From Methanomethylovorans sp. (GTDB lineage Archaea > Halobacteriota > Methanosarcinia > Methanosarcinales > Methanosarcinaceae), in assembly GCF_041447285.1 (NCBI RefSeq), contig NZ_JBGMEB010000026.1, positions 1-64,000 of the forward strand: DNA of 64,000 nt, read 5' to 3'. Each line of letters begins with the position of its first letter. Within the stretch, counting starts at the first letter, position 1. Positions 19,517 to 30,516 of this stretch are shown here, piece after piece. The notes under the pieces are model-generated. The model made no database searches, had not been told where the DNA came from, and saw only the letters and a program-made list of their open reading frames with translations. The position numbers were made by a program, and so were the translations under genes.

Positions 19517-19645
19517 TCATTATCCTCTCGGCTTTATCTAATGGCATAAAATAATAAAAACCTTTACTTAACAATATTTTATACATAAATATCAGAAAAG
19601 AAAAAGGTATGCAGAGATTTAGATTCTCCGCATCATCATATATAA

Positions 19646-20881
19646 TTAAATAGCTTTCTCACCAATCTTGGCAATTGTCTCATCTATACTTGCCTTCAGT
19701 TCATCAGGTATACCCTGAATACCCACATCAAGGAAACCTCTCACAATCATTCCGACAGCTTCTTCCTCAGTAAGACCACGAGCCATAAGGTATTCTATTT
19801 GCTCCCTGGCAATCCTGCCCACAGCAGCTTCATGGGAAAGCTCAATATCTTCAACATTTGCTTCTAGGATGGGTATAGCCCTCTGAGTACCTTCCTTCGA
19901 AAGCACAAGACCATGACATTCAAGGTGTCCTTTTGCTCCATCGGCATTGCCTATCATTTCACCCCTTGCAATGACTGTTCCACCGGTGGTGATAGTCCTT
20001 GAGATCAGCTCTGCCTTCGTATCAGGAGCATCAAATATTACCCTGCTTCCGAGATCCAGCTCGGAGCCGGGGTGAGCCACACCTATGCTGTTCAGTCGTG
20101 TAAACGCTCCTTTTCCTTTAAGGTGGACTGTCGGATACATCTGGACTGACTTAACCGGTTTGAGAGTAATATAATTGTTGATGTAAGTGCCGCCTTCTTC
20201 AACATGCACCACAGTACGGGGTCTGACACCTATTTGTTCAGCCCAGTTATGTATCATAGTAAAGTTAAGGGTAGCTCCCTTTTTCACATACATTTCTGAA
20301 ATTCCGAGATGTAATCCCTTTTCCACACCCTTTCTGGTGGAACATCCCGTAATTACATCAAGCTGTGCACCTTCTTCTACAACTATTATATTATGCACAG
20401 TTTGCGAAACTTGTTTGGAACCAATTAGCAGGCATGTCTGGACGGGCATTTTGGATTTTTTTCCTGCGGGAGCGCGGATAAAATAGCCATCTGCGTCCTG
20501 CAAGTAGGTCATAGCAGTATATTTGTCTGCATCAGGTTTCACAAGCTTCCAGAAATAATCCTTCACCCAGTCGTATTTCTTAATAGCGTCCTGAAGGGAC
20601 ATGAGCTCAACTTCATCGTCCTGTTTGACAGATGCATGCGAGACTGCATTGTTAAGCATGATGAAAGTGCCACTGCGGTTTTCCTCACTGGGTACAACAC
20701 CCACATTTAAGAGCGTTTTCTGATCATCTGCACTGAGAGTCAGAAGATCCTCTGTAACCTCTACCTCTTTGCTGGCTAGCTGATAATCATCAAGGTTTAA
20801 ATCCTCACCATAGGCAGCACTCTTCTTAAGCGCATCTTCTGCCTTTTTCTTCAGCGAAAGTTCATCTTGCATTTGATACAC
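19646..20881 (-). CDS. sufB: Fe-S cluster assembly protein SufB/SufD family (archaeal short SufB)
   Basis: The C-terminal beta-helix region has SufBD-type motifs. It lies immediately downstream of sufC with a 31-bp overlap. Confidence 0.75.
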   Translation of the reverse strand: MYQMQDELSLKKKAEDALKKSAAYGEDLNLDDYQLASKEVEVTEDLLTLSADDQKTLLNVGVVPSEENRSGTFIMLNNAVSHASVKQDDEVELMSLQDAIKKYDWVKDYFWKLVKPDADKYTAMTYLQDADGYFIRAPAGKKSKMPVQTCLLIGSKQVSQTVHNIIVVEEGAQLDVITGCSTRKGVEKGLHLGISEMYVKKGATLNFTMIHNWAEQIGVRPRTVVHVEEGGTYINNYITLKPVKSVQMYPTVHLKGKGAFTRLNSIGVAHPGSELDLGSRVIFDAPDTKAELISRTITTGGTVIARGEMIGNADGAKGHLECHGLVLSKEGTQRAIPILEANVEDIELSHEAAVGRIAREQIEYLMARGLTEEEAVGMIVRGFLDVGIQGIPDELKASIDETIAKIGEKAI

Positions 20882-21597
20882 TCCTCATACCCCTGTGATT
20901 TAATGTCCTGCAGCATCTCGTGCGGGTTACCGGAACACATCACTGTTCCATTGCATAGTATAAATCCTCTATCTGCTTCCACATAGTCCAGTACCTGACC
21001 GGTATGGGTGATGATAAGGGCCGATTTACCATGTTTACATCTTTCTCCCGCACATTTACCACGGCCACTCAAAAGGTTCTTGATAGTGATGCCAAGTTGC
21101 TCAATGCTCACGAGATCTACTCCGGATTCAGGCTCATCAAGCAACACCATATCAGGATTCTGTACTGACAACTGCAATAGCTCTGATCTTTTGATCTCTC
21201 CGCCTGAGAAACCTACATTTATGTCCCTGTCAAGGAAACGCACCATGTCCAGTGTCTCAGCAATCTCATCATATTCACTGCCACTTTTAGAAACTACGTC
21301 TAAAAGACTACGCAGTTTTACTCCGCTCATGTTTGGCGGCCTCTGGGTCATTATCCCAAGCCCCATTTTTGCCCGTTCGTAGACGGACATATTTGTGATG
21401 TCTTCACCTTTGAAAATGATCTTTCCTTTAACTACTTTATAACCTGAGAATCCCATCAGGGTCATCAGCAAAGCTGATTTACCTGCACCGTTCGGTCCAA
21501 AAAGTACATTTTTATAGCCGTCCTCGACATTAAGGTTAATACCATTAAGGATTCGACGGCCCCCAATTTCTACGGTAAGGTCTTGTATCTCCAGCAT
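20851..21597 (-). CDS. sufC: Fe-S cluster assembly ATPase SufC
   Basis: ABC ATPase with Walker A GPNGAGKS and signature FSGGEIKR, in the SufC size and context. Confidence 0.85.
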   Translation of the reverse strand: MLEIQDLTVEIGGRRILNGINLNVEDGYKNVLFGPNGAGKSALLMTLMGFSGYKVVKGKIIFKGEDITNMSVYERAKMGLGIMTQRPPNMSGVKLRSLLDVVSKSGSEYDEIAETLDMVRFLDRDINVGFSGGEIKRSELLQLSVQNPDMVLLDEPESGVDLVSIEQLGITIKNLLSGRGKCAGERCKHGKSALIITHTGQVLDYVEADRGFILCNGTVMCSGNPHEMLQDIKSQGYEECIKCKMNFR

Positions 21598-21724
21598 ATA
21601 TGTCCCCCTTGAGAGAGCGAAGTTATATCCATCGGGTCTTTATTTATAGATTTCCACTTGTTAACGGCGTAAACTTCCGTGCAAGTGAAGTCTTGCATGT
21701 GTCAAAAACACAAAAGCATTAAAC

Positions 21725-21970
21725 TCATTTTTTGATTGTGCCTACAACAGGGCATGCATCCAAGGCAAATGACTCATGTGGAGCTTCTGTGTCAAGAGCT
21801 TCAGTGAGATCATTGCCAGCTTCATGCAATCCCATGTGCTCTCCTTCTGACCAGAAAACACTCTCAGTTACATCGTATACTTTTCCATTGTACACGACAT
21901 AAGCCTTTTCTCCATCTTTTCCGTTGTAACGGGCAATCTCTTCAACTGTAAACTCCTGCATATATAACAC
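21725..21970 (-). CDS. cytochrome b5-like heme/steroid-binding domain protein
   Basis: 81 aa, FTVEEIARYNGKDGEKAYVVYNGKVYDVTESVFW...GEH, a COG4892-type cyt-b5 fold. Confidence 0.6.
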   Translation of the reverse strand: MLYMQEFTVEEIARYNGKDGEKAYVVYNGKVYDVTESVFWSEGEHMGLHEAGNDLTEALDTEAPHESFALDACPVVGTIKK

Positions 21971-22118
21971 TCCTTATACCGAATAACAAAGGAGATTGAA
22001 AATGAAAAAGCATAAACCTTTCCCTTTGATTTCATTTTTTATAGTGAACGTGCGTATGGAGAAAACAGAATGAATGGAAGAAAACAGGATTGATATTTTA
22101 GAACATATCAGAATGTGA

Positions 22119-22544
22119 TCAATCGTACAGTTTTACCATTGAAACATGTTCAATCCCTGCACCATCAAACACATCACCAAATTCACTAAACCCAAATATT
22201 CTATAGAATCCAATTGCACTGACCTGGGAATCAAGATCTAATCTTTTAATGCCCTCTGATTCAGCTTTTTCTAATAACCTTTTCATCAAATATCTTCCAA
22301 TATCCATTCCTCTGTATTGTTTAAGAACGCATATTCTGCCCAGTTTGAAGTATTTTCCATTATAGAATAACCTGCCCGTAGCTATTGGTATGTTGTTATC
22401 AAATACCAGTAAATGGTGTGCTTGTTCGTCGAATTCATCCCTTTCCATTGATCCTGGAACCTTTTGTTCCTCGACAAACACTACCTTCCTTACTTTGAAG
22501 GCTTCTTCAAATCCTTCTTTTCCATTAATCCATTTATAATTCAT
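22119..22544 (-). CDS. GNAT-family N-acetyltransferase
   Basis: LGRICVLKQYRGMDIGRYLMKRLLEKAE is the acetyl-CoA binding motif A (Q/RxxGxG/A). Confidence 0.75.
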   Translation of the reverse strand: MNYKWINGKEGFEEAFKVRKVVFVEEQKVPGSMERDEFDEQAHHLLVFDNNIPIATGRLFYNGKYFKLGRICVLKQYRGMDIGRYLMKRLLEKAESEGIKRLDLDSQVSAIGFYRIFGFSEFGDVFDGAGIEHVSMVKLYD

Positions 22545-22801
22545 GAGTTCACATAGTTCAGATTATGATTATGGATAATATTAGTATTTGCACATCTCAC
22601 TACCATAATCAAATATTATGTGAGAGTAAAATAGAAGCACACATTTGATATAATATTCATTTTAAAGATATATAAAAGATAGATTGCTGAAAAACAGTAT
22701 ACAGCTTCCAAAAAATTGCTGCTTATTATAAAAACGAAAGCCTTATTTAATGTTTGGAATTTATGCTAACTTATCCATAACTAAAGGCTAGGTGATCTAT
22801 T

Positions 22802-23620
22802 TTGAAAAAAATATTCAACTTTATATTACTGGCACTGCTCGTCGTGTCTTTGGTAGCGATTTCCGGATGTGCCGACAAAACTGCAAATGAGAACACAAAC
22901 CAGACTGCAGGACAGGCAGTAGCATCTGCCGGAACAGTTAATGAGAAAGTTTACGTGATTGGAACAGAACCATATTTCCCACCATTCGAATATGCTGATG
23001 CAAATGTCAGCAGCGAGATAATTGGTTTTGATGTTGACCTCATGAACGCCATAGCTGCAGATCAGGGATTTAAGGTAGAATGGAAAGACCTTGAATTCGA
23101 TGCTCTGATTCCAGCGCTGCAGTCTGGCCAGATCGATATAATCGTTTCAGGTATGACCATAACAGCCGAACGTGAAGACGCTGTAGACTTTACAGAACCT
23201 TATATCAACGCAGGTTTGGCCCTTGCAGTAGCTGCTGACAATGAGGAAATAAAAAGTGTTGATGATCTGAAAGGCAAGGTAGCTGCTGTACAGCAAGGTT
23301 CAACCGGTTCCCTGGAAGCTGAAAAACTGAAAGCCGAAGGCAAGATCGGAGATATAATCTACCTTGCACATGTGAATGATATAATTCTAAACATCCAGAA
23401 CGGCCGTGCAGACTTTACAATCAATGATCTGCCAGTCACCCAGGCTTATATGAGTCAGAATCCTGGTGTCATAAAGATCGTGGATGATGAAATTACAAGT
23501 GATGCCTATGGATTCGCTGTGAAAACTGGTAACACTGAACTTCTGACCATGTTGAACCAGGGTCTTGAGAACGTCAAGAAAGATGGAACATATGATCAGA
23601 TAATGGATAAATACTTCTGA
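22802..23620 (+). CDS. polar amino-acid ABC transporter substrate-binding lipoprotein
   Basis: The lipobox is LVAISGCAD. The SBP_bac_3 pattern (GFDVDL...SGMTIT.ER...DF) is present. Permease and ATPase genes lie downstream. Confidence 0.8.
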   Translation: MKKIFNFILLALLVVSLVAISGCADKTANENTNQTAGQAVASAGTVNEKVYVIGTEPYFPPFEYADANVSSEIIGFDVDLMNAIAADQGFKVEWKDLEFDALIPALQSGQIDIIVSGMTITAEREDAVDFTEPYINAGLALAVAADNEEIKSVDDLKGKVAAVQQGSTGSLEAEKLKAEGKIGDIIYLAHVNDIILNIQNGRADFTINDLPVTQAYMSQNPGVIKIVDDEITSDAYGFAVKTGNTELLTMLNQGLENVKKDGTYDQIMDKYF

Positions 23621-23786
23621 ACATCTTAGTGGCATGCAACAAATGTTGCATGTCATTGTTTTTATCAAATACGAGATGTTTGAATGTATATCTGAGTAGC
23701 CTTCATCGCTATGTTTATATTTAGCCAGGTATTGGCTATAAAAGCAGTTTTTCAATAATTTTCCAATACATGCCGAGGTAGTAAAG

Positions 23787-24479
23787 TTGTCTCTGTTGGA
23801 TACATATCTTAGTCACATCGTAAAAGTCTTCCCTGACCTTCTTCTAGGATCTATGGTGACAATAGAGGTCACAAGCCTTGGCGTATTTTTTGGTCTGATA
23901 CTGGGAACTATAGCAGGACTTGGAAAAATATCCAGAAACAAATTTTTACGTTTTCCATCTATTGCTTATGTAGATTTTATCAGAGGAACACCTCTTCTGG
24001 TACAGATACTGCTGTTTTACTACGGCATTCCAGGACTTTTCTCAAATGTAACAGGCAGACCTCTGTCTATTGATCCTATTCTTGCAGGTATCATAGTGTG
24101 CAGTATAAATAGTGGTGCCTACATTGCAGAAATCGTGCGTGCAGGTGTTCAGTCTATTGACAGAGGTCAGATGGAAGCAGCTCGCTCATTAGGAATGACA
24201 GAAAGAATGGCTATGAAAGAGATCATTCTTCCTCAGGCATTCAGGAGAATAGTGCCACCTCTTGGTAATGAATTTATAGCACTTCTTAAGGACTCATCTC
24301 TTTTAGCTGTCATCGGAGTACACGAATTACTAAAGAATGGCCAACTTTACATTTCAAGGACCTTTGCATCTTTTCCAGTGTACATAGCTATAGCCCTTAT
24401 GTATCTTATAATGACCATTGCAATATCCAGGCTTGTTGCATATTCAGAGAGGAGGCTTGGTGTCAGTGATAGTAATTAA
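23787..24479 (+). CDS. polar amino-acid ABC transporter permease
   Basis: It has the EAA-loop region [22 protein letters not shown] typical of the HisM/GlnP family. Confidence 0.8.
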   Translation: MSLLDTYLSHIVKVFPDLLLGSMVTIEVTSLGVFFGLILGTIAGLGKISRNKFLRFPSIAYVDFIRGTPLLVQILLFYYGIPGLFSNVTGRPLSIDPILAGIIVCSINSGAYIAEIVRAGVQSIDRGQMEAARSLGMTERMAMKEIILPQAFRRIVPPLGNEFIALLKDSSLLAVIGVHELLKNGQLYISRTFASFPVYIAIALMYLIMTIAISRLVAYSERRLGVSDSN

Positions 24480-25188
24480 AGATCTCTATAAAAGCTTTGG
24501 AGACCTCCAGGTCCTCAAAGGCATATCAGTTCAGGTGAAGGATAGCGAGGTGGTGTGTGTAATAGGGCCATCAGGGTCCGGAAAGAGCACTTTTCTGCGC
24601 TGCATCAACCTTCTGGAAACGCCTACTTCAGGAGATATCTGGATCGATGGAGAGAAAATAACAGATCCGCAGATAAATATCAATAAAATAAGGGAAGAAG
24701 CGGGTATGGTTTTCCAGCATTTCAATCTCTTTCCCCATAAAACTACACTTGAGAATGTATCTCTTGCTCTTATCAAAGTCCGAAAGCTTCCTAAAGAAGA
24801 GGCTGAAAGAAGAGCACTGGAGATTTTGAGAAAAGTTGGACTGGAAGATAAAGCTCATGTATATCCTGCAGCCCTCTCCGGCGGACAAAAACAGCGCGTG
24901 GCAATAGCACGTGCTTTAGCGATGCGTCCGAAGGTTATGCTTTTCGATGAACCAACTTCCGCCCTGGATCCTGAAATGGTAGGGGAAGTATTGAATGTCA
25001 TGAAAGACCTGGCAAAGATGGGGATGACGATGGTAGTAGTCACTCATGAAATAGGGTTTGCGCGGGAAGTCAGCGACAGAGTACTTTTCATTGACGACGG
25101 CAGAATAGTAGAAGAAGGGACACCTCAAGACATATTCAGCCATGCAAAAAGCGAGAGAACCATTGCTTTTCTGAGCAAAGTTCTTTAA
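24460..25188 (+). CDS. polar amino-acid ABC transporter ATP-binding protein (GlnQ-like)
   Basis: Walker A is GPSGSGKST, the signature is [15 protein letters not shown], and Walker B is [11 protein letters not shown]. The start is probably GTG at 24460 or 24466 after GGAGG, since the track ORF begins earlier inside the permease gene. Confidence 0.8.
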   Translation: MSVIVIKDLYKSFGDLQVLKGISVQVKDSEVVCVIGPSGSGKSTFLRCINLLETPTSGDIWIDGEKITDPQININKIREEAGMVFQHFNLFPHKTTLENVSLALIKVRKLPKEEAERRALEILRKVGLEDKAHVYPAALSGGQKQRVAIARALAMRPKVMLFDEPTSALDPEMVGEVLNVMKDLAKMGMTMVVVTHEIGFAREVSDRVLFIDDGRIVEEGTPQDIFSHAKSERTIAFLSKVL

Positions 25189-25685
25189 ACTATTTTAGAA
25201 CATATATCTGAAATCATTTTCTCATCCAGGCGGTATATTACCCAGTCATCAAGTAGGTGAGCACCGAAACTTTCGTAGAACTTACGTGCAGGATTCCACT
25301 GCAATGCACTCCATTCCATACGCCCGCAATCACGTTCCCTGGCTATCTGGACACACTTTTTAAATAAAGCGGCTCCAATCCCTTTTCCACGATGCTCAGG
25401 AAGCACATATATGTCTTCCAGGTAAAGACCGGGCTTTCCTACAAAGGTCGAAAAATTGTGGAAAAATACTACAAAACCCACGGGTTCAGCATCAAGTTCA
25501 GCTATGAGTGCTTCAGCATATGGCCTGTCCCCAAAAAAAGCCTTTGTAAGCGACTCCTCGGTAGCCGATACCATATGACTTAGATGTTCAAATTCTGCAA
25601 TTCCTTTTACGAAATTTAAAAGCAAAGGCACGTCTTCAACATCAGCATTGCGGATAATAAGGTTGGAGTGTGAAGTATTGTTCAT
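25185..25685 (-). CDS. GNAT-family N-acetyltransferase (SSAT/diamine acetyltransferase-like)
   Basis: The motif is [22 protein letters not shown], in the ~166-aa size class. Confidence 0.7.
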   Translation of the reverse strand: MNNTSHSNLIIRNADVEDVPLLLNFVKGIAEFEHLSHMVSATEESLTKAFFGDRPYAEALIAELDAEPVGFVVFFHNFSTFVGKPGLYLEDIYVLPEHRGKGIGAALFKKCVQIARERDCGRMEWSALQWNPARKFYESFGAHLLDDWVIYRLDEKMISDICSKIV

Positions 25686-26002
25686 GTTTCTGTACTTGTA
25701 AATGATTATATTTAGAAACTATCTATTATTTCAGTACATTTATCATTTGTCAGATTTTTCAAAAATAACCGTAAAAAGAAATGTAATTTAAGAAAATCGA
25801 ATTAATGGTCAATAACAAAAACGAAAGATTTATAGCAGATTGATCTTATGCTAATCATCGACTATATAGGGACTATATACCCTATAGAAAATAGTCAAAT
25901 GTTCGAATTTACAGCTAGTAGGTTTTTGAATATCAGATAACACACTGAAAATAAATCTAGTAGTTCTAAATCGACAATTCATAAGTAGGTACGAAAGGCT
26001 AG

Positions 26003-26266
26003 GTGATTACTTTGAAGAAAATGCTCAATTTCTTGATATTAGGACTTCTGGTTATGGGTATAGTAGCCATTTCCGGTTGTGCAGACAACGCTGTAGAACA
26101 GGCTAATGACACCATGAATGATACTGCAGGCCAGGCTATGAATGCAACAGAGCAGGCAGTTACCAATGCAACCGAAAATGTTTCTACTGTAGTCGTCGCT
26201 GGCGCTGAAGAAACAGTGAATGCAACTGCAGCAGCTGTCAACGAAACCGTAAACGAGACAATCTAA
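26003..26266 (+). CDS. small secreted Asn/Thr/Ala-rich lipoprotein-like protein
   Basis: Its SD-plus-signal-peptide-plus-lipobox (VAISGCADN) is highly similar to the 5' end of the SBP gene at 22802. The short mature part is low-complexity. Confidence 0.35.
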   Translation: MITLKKMLNFLILGLLVMGIVAISGCADNAVEQANDTMNDTAGQAMNATEQAVTNATENVSTVVVAGAEETVNATAAAVNETVNETI

Positions 26267-26495
26267 ATATATCACTAAAACCATTGTTGCAAGCAAAAGA
26301 TTTGCAACAACAGGTAGATGCAATCTCTATTGCATCTTTTCACTTTTTTTATCTGTCCTTATTTTACTACAGGATCTTTAGCGATTGGAAGATCGATCTG
26401 TCATTGCAGATTTTTCAGGAATCAGTTCTATGCCATTTGTGAATGGTTTTCAACTATTTGCACAAAAAAGAAAACAAGGAAAGAAGAGGTGAGAA

Positions 26496-27035
26496 TCACT
26501 GTCTTTCAATGACCTTTTTTCCCTTTTCCATGGGTACTATAGTTAATTGTCCACCTGGTAATGACTGTCTTAAAGGATCAGCTGTAGCTATACGATCCAG
26601 AGTTATAGCAATGGCCGCAACTTCAGAATGGGGCTGATTACCCACTGCAATATTCCAGTCGGCAAGATCATATATTTCCGGAGGGACTTTCTCGGCACCG
26701 ACAACAATCATAAGCTGTTCGCATTGCTTAAGATCATCCACAGCATTCGGAAGGTTTACGCCATACATGGAGAGGTGGCAGACCTTGCCGCCTGCGTCTT
26801 TCCATTTTTTAACTTCATGCTTCCAGTTGACATCATTGGTAACATAAAAGTCGCCTCCCCAGCGGGTGGCTACATCTTCAATGTTCTGCTTGATGCTGGG
26901 ATCATCAGAAGCAAGCAGCATGCCTTCAGCACCTAGTGCTCTGGCTGTGAGACCTACATGAGTGGTTATACGTTTATCCCTGAAGGCCCTGTGACCAATG
27001 CGTAAAATAACTATTCTTCCCATTTTTTTCAGCAC
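26496..27035 (-). CDS. trm56: tRNA (cytidine56-2'-O)-methyltransferase aTrm56 (SPOUT)
   Basis: RIVILRIGHRAFRDKRITTHVGLTARALGAEGM is the conserved aTrm56 N-terminus. Size is ~175 aa. Confidence 0.75.
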   Translation of the reverse strand: MLKKMGRIVILRIGHRAFRDKRITTHVGLTARALGAEGMLLASDDPSIKQNIEDVATRWGGDFYVTNDVNWKHEVKKWKDAGGKVCHLSMYGVNLPNAVDDLKQCEQLMIVVGAEKVPPEIYDLADWNIAVGNQPHSEVAAIAITLDRIATADPLRQSLPGGQLTIVPMEKGKKVIERQ

Positions 27036-27040
27036 CGTTA

Positions 27041-28561
27041 TTAAAATTCTCTTACATCTCCCACTTTTTCCAGAAGCATGCCTTCCACGAGTATAGGTGA
27101 ATCCTGTCTGGCACTCTTGAGAGCCGCCTGAAGCTTTACTTCCTTTTCTGCATATATGGTGAGCACAGTTTCGCCCTGCTTTACAGATTCGCCTCTTTTC
27201 TTGTGAATATAGACTCCTGCCCCTTTATCGTTGGGAGCACCGGCAAGCCTTGCTATCTGGACCAGGCGTTTGTTGTATAACTCTATAATATATCCGTTGT
27301 GAGGCGCCTTAAGGTCAGCAGTGAATTCACCGACCTTTATGTCTTTACTGGTGACATCCGGATTGCCACCCTGAATGGCTATGATTTCCTTAAGCTTTGC
27401 CAATGCATTACCATTCTTCAGGGTTTCAAGAGCAAGGTCGTGTCCCTGTCCCCGGGCTGCAGCACCTCCCATTTCCAGAAGCATACCTGCAAGAGCTGCG
27501 CTTTTTTCGATGAGGCTGTTTGGACCTTGCGTAGTTTCCAGCACCTCAAGAGCTTCTTTTACTTCCAGAGCAGGACCTACTGTCCTTCCCACAGGTGATG
27601 AGCCGTAGGTAAGAGCACAGTCCACATCCATGCCTAAACGCTCTCCGAGACTTATGAGATCGCGTGCAAGTTTACGCCCGGCTTTGATATCAGGTATTTT
27701 GGTGCCAGTGCCTGTGGGAATGTCAATGACTACTTTATCAGCTCCCACAGCACCTTTTTTGGCCATGATGGAGGCCAGAAGCTGGCAGTGCGGGTCTATG
27801 GAAAGCGGGTATTCCACCTTAATGAGCTTATCATCTGCAGGAGCGATGTTAGTGGCTCCTCCCCATACGATGACACCTCCTACTTTCTGGGTCATATCTT
27901 TTATCTGGGCTGCAGTGAATTCCACAGGTGCCAGTATCTCCATGAGATCAGCAGTTCCTCCTGCACCTGTTATTGCTCTGGAGCTGGTTTTTGGAATGAG
28001 CAGGCCGTTAGCAGCCACTATAGGAACTACAAGCAGGGATATCTTGTTTCCGGGTACACCGCCGATAGAATGTTTGTCCATGATGGGGTGAACATCGAAT
28101 TCGATCCTTTCCCCGGATTCTATCATGGCTCTTGTCAGCCATTCGGTTTCTTCCTCGGTCATATCCTTGATATAGGAGGCTGTGAGAAAAGCAGCAATTT
28201 CTATATCACTGAGGGTTTCTTCCGTTATATCCTTTACAAGCTCTTTGATCTCGTCCTTTGTTAATTTTTCGCCATCCATTACCTTCCTTATGATGCGTGT
28301 GGACTTGGGCTTCTCTGCAGCCTCAACTTCCACAGTCTCGGTCCACTGCCTTTGAAGCTGCTCCTGCACCTCATGATAGAGACCGATCATACCCGGAGAG
28401 ATCATATCCTCAGTGAAATCAACAATAGCAGTAAGTGTGACGTGGTCCTTTATCCTTACTCTGTCGCCCTCATTCACGCCAAGCTCCTTGGCATCGATGG
28501 TGTTCAGAATGACCTTGTATTTACCGACCTTGATGTCAATTGGCTGTACTTTTAGCTCCAT
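27041..28561 (-). CDS. deoA: AMP phosphorylase (thymidine phosphorylase family, archaeal type)
   Basis: 506 aa with an N-terminal extension (MELKVQPIDIKVGKYKVILN) plus a TP core (SIGGVPGNKISLLVVPIVAANG...TSSRAITGAGGTAD). Confidence 0.8.
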   Translation of the reverse strand: MELKVQPIDIKVGKYKVILNTIDAKELGVNEGDRVRIKDHVTLTAIVDFTEDMISPGMIGLYHEVQEQLQRQWTETVEVEAAEKPKSTRIIRKVMDGEKLTKDEIKELVKDITEETLSDIEIAAFLTASYIKDMTEEETEWLTRAMIESGERIEFDVHPIMDKHSIGGVPGNKISLLVVPIVAANGLLIPKTSSRAITGAGGTADLMEILAPVEFTAAQIKDMTQKVGGVIVWGGATNIAPADDKLIKVEYPLSIDPHCQLLASIMAKKGAVGADKVVIDIPTGTGTKIPDIKAGRKLARDLISLGERLGMDVDCALTYGSSPVGRTVGPALEVKEALEVLETTQGPNSLIEKSAALAGMLLEMGGAAARGQGHDLALETLKNGNALAKLKEIIAIQGGNPDVTSKDIKVGEFTADLKAPHNGYIIELYNKRLVQIARLAGAPNDKGAGVYIHKKRGESVKQGETVLTIYAEKEVKLQAALKSARQDSPILVEGMLLEKVGDVREF

Positions 28562-28817
28562 GTTCTTCTACCTTCTTAAATGAATGAAACACACGATGGG
28601 ATAAATATGTTTAGGGGATAAGAATTATGGATTAAAAAGAAAGATTATACTGTTTACATTTATTTGTGCATTTAAACCATGATATCAGTCTTTACTAAAA
28701 TTAATACATAAATAAAATATTATAGAACTCCGATAACTTGATATATAAAAATAGATAAAAGAGTTACTGAGATTAATACTTCATGAAGATATACTAAAAT
28801 TTATATGAAATGATAAA

Positions 28818-30488
28818 ATGACCACCAGTTTGATCGAAGTTCAGTTTTCAAAACTTAGCCATTTCTGGATGGATTCTGGATTAATTGGCTTATACAAAAT
28901 AGCAAAAGAAGAACATCCATCGGAAATGGGAGTAGAAATGCGTCTAAGTGACGATGGTGTTGTTTTCAAAGGAACTGAAGCTAATTTGACCTTATTGTTC
29001 AATAAAGCTTATGAGTCACTTTTAGATCAGTATTACAGTAAATCAACTGAAAAACAGAGACAGGAAAATGCAGGTTTCTATTACGATTCCAAAGAAGACA
29101 AATTTGTACGATTCCCTAAGGTAAAAGCTATGGGTATTGCAGGATTGATTTTTAACAAAGCACCAAGAATGACAGTAGAACAAGTTAAATATGAAACTGT
29201 TGAAGTAAATGAAGTTGGTAAAAAAATTACAAAAAAGGTTCTACCAAAGGAATATTCTCATTTACAGAATAGATTGGACATTTTTCTTAATGAAACTGGC
29301 TTAAAAATATCTAGTAATAATCTTCTAATTGGTGGACCAAATGCAATTCAACCTCAAGTTGAAATTAAAGTAAAGAAAGGTAAAATTAAGGGAAAGTGCT
29401 TCATTTGCGGTGAAGCATCCCATTCATTAACAGAAATTGGCGGTACTGTTTATCCAATGATTACTGGATCATCTGGAGTATTATCTTTCAATTCAAATGG
29501 TGGAAAACCTGAAAAGGTTTGTTGGAAATGTGATTTCCTGGGAAAATTTGTTCCAGCAAATGGCTTTTATGTATACAACAATGAGAGTTACAATATCTAT
29601 TTCCCATACTCTTCAAGCTTGGTAAAAATGAGTGAAGTTTATGAGGATTTTCAGGCTTTAAAAATTGATGATCCAAATCTCCTCAAAAACTTTGAGAACA
29701 GGCTGGGCGGTTTCTTTCAGCGTCCATTTGAACAATTATTCACATTTCTCTATTCTTTATACTTGACAGTTTTATCCAAAAAAACAACTGATGGAGATCA
29801 CCATGAACTCGATTTTGAGAAACTCTTTGATGTTGTCATTTCAAAAGCTCCCTTAGAGTTCTATACTATCAATACTACTTCTTTGGGAGATACCCAAATG
29901 GGAAAAATGATTTGGCCTTTTAACGATTCAGTATATCTTTTTAGAATATTTGACAAGTTAGAGAGAAATAAAATCGATATAAAAGAAGTGATGGCAAATC
30001 TTATTGACTACGATCAAACTAAAAATGAAAATAAAACCATTATAAGAAACGCAGTTTGTGAGCGTATTCTGAAGAAAGGCAGTACAATTGAGTTAATTGA
30101 ACAGCATGTATTTCGCATTAATAAATCAAAAAAGCAAAACATAAAGCCAATACACGATTTTGTGATTCAATACGAGAAAATAGTAAAGGAGGGTAACGAC
30201 AAAGTGGATCAAGCAATTATTGATACAGCAGTTAGTTTGGGAAAGACAATTGGATTTAGTGTTGCTTCTGCCGGTCGCAAAGGTAAAGGTGATCTTTTCA
30301 GATTGCGAAAAACAAGGAAACCCGAAGATTTTTTAAATGAGATTAATCGCATTCAAATGAAATATGGGGCCTTGGTTACATCTGATTTGTATGGAAATGG
30401 AGAAGAATTTGAGAAAAATTTCTTAGAGTTCAAACAGTTTTGCATGATTGCTGCACTTAACACATTTAACGCAAAAAATCAAAACTAA
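28818..30488 (+). CDS. cas8b: CRISPR-associated large subunit Cas8b (Csh1-like), type I-B
   Basis: 556 aa and first in the cas operon upstream of cas7/cas5. It has an internal Cys cluster CFICGE...CWKCDF. The subtype call follows from the downstream Csh2-like Cas7 and the HD-helicase Cas3. Confidence 0.6.
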   Translation: MTTSLIEVQFSKLSHFWMDSGLIGLYKIAKEEHPSEMGVEMRLSDDGVVFKGTEANLTLLFNKAYESLLDQYYSKSTEKQRQENAGFYYDSKEDKFVRFPKVKAMGIAGLIFNKAPRMTVEQVKYETVEVNEVGKKITKKVLPKEYSHLQNRLDIFLNETGLKISSNNLLIGGPNAIQPQVEIKVKKGKIKGKCFICGEASHSLTEIGGTVYPMITGSSGVLSFNSNGGKPEKVCWKCDFLGKFVPANGFYVYNNESYNIYFPYSSSLVKMSEVYEDFQALKIDDPNLLKNFENRLGGFFQRPFEQLFTFLYSLYLTVLSKKTTDGDHHELDFEKLFDVVISKAPLEFYTINTTSLGDTQMGKMIWPFNDSVYLFRIFDKLERNKIDIKEVMANLIDYDQTKNENKTIIRNAVCERILKKGSTIELIEQHVFRINKSKKQNIKPIHDFVIQYEKIVKEGNDKVDQAIIDTAVSLGKTIGFSVASAGRKGKGDLFRLRKTRKPEDFLNEINRIQMKYGALVTSDLYGNGEEFEKNFLEFKQFCMIAALNTFNAKNQN

Positions 30489-30516
30489 TCTAATAAACAT
30501 AATGGAGGAACAATAA

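Noticed and set aside
19646-21597. Considered that the suf locus is incomplete because there is no sufS, sufE or sufA.
   Set aside because: A minimal sufCB pair is the normal archaeal arrangement, so this is not anomalous.
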